Part shown: positions 60,793 through 64,000 of the stretch, piece after piece | How the letters are laid out: every line of letters begins with the position of its first letter | Position numbering within the stretch: the stretch's first letter is position 1 | Translations under genes and position numbers: made by a program | Notes under the pieces: generated by a model | Told to the model about the DNA's origin: nothing | The model's input: the letters and a program-made list of their open reading frames with translations, nothing else | Databases searched by the model: none | NCBI RefSeq assembly: GCF_963921235.1 | Contig: NC_086106.1 | Span: 24,490,001 to 24,554,000, forward strand | Direction of reading: 5' to 3' | From: Mobula hypostoma | Lineage: Eukaryota | DNA length: 64,000 nt

Positions 60793-62074
60793 TCTTTCAC
60801 AGTTTCCTCGAGAGCTCGATGGAGGGCCACCAAATCAAGGTGAACGTACATGCTAAAGGTAACTTAATCCAATTTTTTTCATATAACGACGTAGTCAGCT
60901 ACTGTTTACAGTAACGTATCATCGCGGTAGTTGACGTGGAAGTTCCTGATCATCGATGACTCTAACTGTGAACGAAAACAGTTCATTCTAAGTGATTCCT
61001 CTGTGTTACTTAATTTATCTGAATATTCACCATTCATATCTGAAGCTGCAAGAACATCTAACGGATACATTAATCAGTGTGAGGGCTGCCTTGAAATAGA
61101 AAAGTACCAAACTTTGGCAGATAAACCGCACGTATCCCAATCACCAGTATACTTCAAAATGCCGAAGAAGCCATTGCTTATGGAAATCTCTCAGAAGAAA
61201 TCATATGGCTTTTTATTTCTGTCGAAGGTTTGATTGCAGTTTGCTGGATTGTTGTGCTGAATGTCGTTGATTTTTATTACCACATGAGATTTTTACCTAT
61301 TTGAGCCCAGGCGTCAGATTGTTTCCAATATAAATAAACACGGAGTAATTGGATTCGCGTTTTTCTTTCAAAAGTTATAAGTACTGGAGATTTGATGTTA
61401 CGATCTATTGTGTTTACCGACAGTTTTAAGTTGACAGTCATTCAAATAAGATAAAGGTCGAAATGCATTTGGAGTGACCACATCGCCAAGACAATATGAA
61501 TGGCGTTGAAACAATGCGTCTAGATGGAGTGGAGCATTGTACTGTTTTCGCAAGACTGATCGCAAGAGTCTCCAAACCACTTAACATTCAAGCTTTAGGT
61601 TGTGGTATGGCTAAAACTATCGGCTGAAATCGCTTTAACGGATATGGACGATCATTGCCTTTAATATCTCAGTTGAAAATAAAGTGCATTTTCACATTTC
61701 ATGACATGTCACTTTTCTGTCCTAAAATCGTTCCATCTGTGTACTGTTGTTCAATTGGCAATTTTACCCTCTGATGAGAAGACACTGTACTGGACCTTTC
61801 GATGAATTCCGTAATTCATCTTCGTCTAGAAGATGGTCCTATTCCTATACCCTCAATATGCTTAAATTTCGTGACATGATTTTTAAATTACATTTAACCG
61901 GAATCAAATATATTCTGCTGGAAATCTGCATTTTGGGCACTGGGAATATAAACCACTATGTAATATAAAGGGCTTCCTTCCAACGCTGAAAATAAAGATT
62001 AAAGACAATTCTTTTCCTCATTGTTTAAAAGTTAACAAAAAACTTCATTATTTATGCAGAATGTTATTATGTTC

Positions 62075-63195
62075 CTTAAATTTCTATCACGTCAGTTCAA
62101 TTTGCATCCCATGTCTGCAGTGTTTGGCTCAGCGAACTAGCAGATGCTTCTCACAGTCTTCCTCCTCCTCCAGTGCCGTCATTACTGAGATCAATTTTCA
62201 AATTCTCGCCCTTATATAAGTTCACCGCACGGCGCAGGTCTGACTGTTGCAACGGTTGTGCTCCTACCGCACTTGTGTTACCTCTCGTCGAAGTGTTGTT
62301 ATTGACTTAACATTTAGTGTCTACATGCAATTGATCCACACAGTAAGACACAGGGAGTTTAAAAGGGATATGCTTTGTTTTTTTTTTGCATTTCATTTCC
62401 CTCACTGTATTACTCCGACTGCAAAATAAGACATAAAGTGAAACCCCATGAACTATCGCTTTTCTAAGTGCCAATATATATTCTCTTAAAGTCGACAACA
62501 GTTTAATTTACTGAAGAGATCGAGACTTCCCTTGAAATATGATTACGTGAACGTTACTATTGCTGAGATAACAGTGACGTATTTGATTGAAGCAATAGTG
62601 GCGATCGAATTATAATGTATATATGTATAATATTTCGACTCGGTGCAACAGTCGGTCGTTGAAATGACAGAAATTATTCATAGAGATTACATAATGCGAG
62701 CTATCGGTTCCATAGTTTGGCTACTACGTGATACAACATACCAATAGGCCGGTATTAAGCAGCAATGTGCTAAAGATGGCATCTGCTACTTCTCCGAGCA
62801 TCCATGCTCTAATTCAATGTAGAATTTAGGAGGCTACCGGGGTATGGATTACACTCTGAAAATATGGGTTTACAATTGTTGAGTGAAATCAGGCACTACG
62901 GCAATAATCACTGCATTTAATAGGTGGAGGTGTCTATGGTGGGTTAAACAACAGAATGAAACGTTCCGAGAACTTTCCATTGTCAATTAATAGCGGTTAT
63001 TCAGTACCAGCTCAATAACGGACAGCCCATTGTTAGACCATAAGGTAATTTTCAGAAATGGCTGATTTTCTTCATCGCGTGATGCTTTTGCAGTTAGTTT
63101 CTCCGGTGTTTACAAGGTGTTACGTGTAAATCCACTAAATATGTGGTCGGAATGTTAAGGCACTTCATATCTGCAAGAACAGATAAGGAAAATCA
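62075..63195. repeat. Low-copy duplicated unit, copy C (includes CRE-like plus octamer at 62087-62107)
   Basis: Colinear with 45400-46410. Confidence 0.85.
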
Positions 63196-63229
63196 TCACC
63201 ACGTTATCGAAGGCAGCACCTTGTATGTT

Positions 63230-63547
63230 AAAACCCAGAGGAGCAATTCCAAAAAAGTTCAGAGGCCACAGTCAGTTGCTACTATTCTCAACACGTAGAA
63301 TGCATCATCAAAACGACCAATAGTGAATTACGCCGGATGATCATATCCACTGGTGGTTGGTCTCCACGGGGTAACCACTGGTTGGCAGTTCGGATAATCG
63401 CGGAGAATAAAAAACATAAAGGAAAGGAAAAAAATATCACCGCTGCAGGTGGAGCATGACCTAATGAGGTTCCTCTTTATCCATGTGAACAATTACTTTT
63501 TCATAATTATTCTTTCGGCATTTCTTTAGTGCGGTTATATGTTGGAA
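63230..63547 (-). pseudogene. TCR V pseudogene, paralog of 42705-42994
   Basis: Acceptor ctctcag at 63549-48; LRDYPNCQPVVTPWRPTTSG...FTIGRFDDAFYVLRIVAT; stops and deletions, no RSS. Confidence 0.65.
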
Positions 63548-63869
63548 CTGAGAGAAAAAAAAAACTCCAGATGCATCTGATACTACACATTCTATGATAA
63601 TTCAAAATCTGCGTATATCTATCGATCCTAATTAAACATCAGTTTGATGTTGAACAATTTGATCATTGGGAATTTTCAGCCCTGGTTTATCAGTGAAAGA
63701 GCACGTTATCATATGCGACAGATTTGTTTGTCATCAGTTAATAGAGATAAATTGCTTATTTTCAGTTCACATGGCAATTTTAAAAGAGAGAGACTTTGGG
63801 AACACTCAACAGGCGTGGAAGCTTCTGCGAAAATCTAAGACTGAGCAATCCCAGTAATTACTTATGCTT

Positions 63870-63885
63870 TGCTGCCATCTGGTGG
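63870..63885 (-). promoter_or_regulatory. CTCF-consensus motif
   Basis: Minus strand CCACCAGATGGCAGCA; paralog of 59621-36. Confidence 0.65.
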
Positions 63886-63899
63886 AAAATATCCTCATG

Positions 63900-64000
63900 A
63901 TTTCTGGCGATGTTCCGTGGACCTCCTTCATGTCTCAATAGCCTATATGGAAAACTTTGGTTGTCTGTTCGGATAATGGCGAAGACAAAATAAGTTAAAG
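63900..64000 (-). pseudogene. V pseudogene fragment running off the window end
   Basis: FNLFCLRHYPNRQPKFSI*, same family as 42705-42994. Confidence 0.65.

Noticed and set aside
60990-61200. VWYF...LMY and KAALTLINV in different minus frames
   Set aside because: The motifs overlap in incompatible positions; chance cannot be excluded.

Overview
AT-rich, repeat-dense vertebrate DNA. The repeat landscape (CR1, Rex1/L2-clade and Penelope-like elements, an HE1-like SINE, Gypsy LTR elements) and the V sequences point to a cartilaginous fish, probably an elasmobranch (inference). The window is part of an antigen-receptor V-segment array, most like TCR alpha/delta. It has two open-frame V segments with 23-bp-spacer RSSs in opposite orientations (21352-21783 minus; 60327-60753 plus) and about five decayed V copies in duplicated units. 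I found no D, J or C exons. A GPR139-like 7TM receptor pseudogene lies among the V segments, with a possible second, more eroded copy. Three co-oriented CTCF-consensus motifs sit next to V units, one 24 bp beyond an RSS nonamer. Much of the rest is nested retroelements, including a Gmr1-like Gypsy provirus and a self-nested LTR element with a perfect target-site duplication (TSD). All calls were read by eye; repeat boundaries are approximate unless a TSD is quoted.
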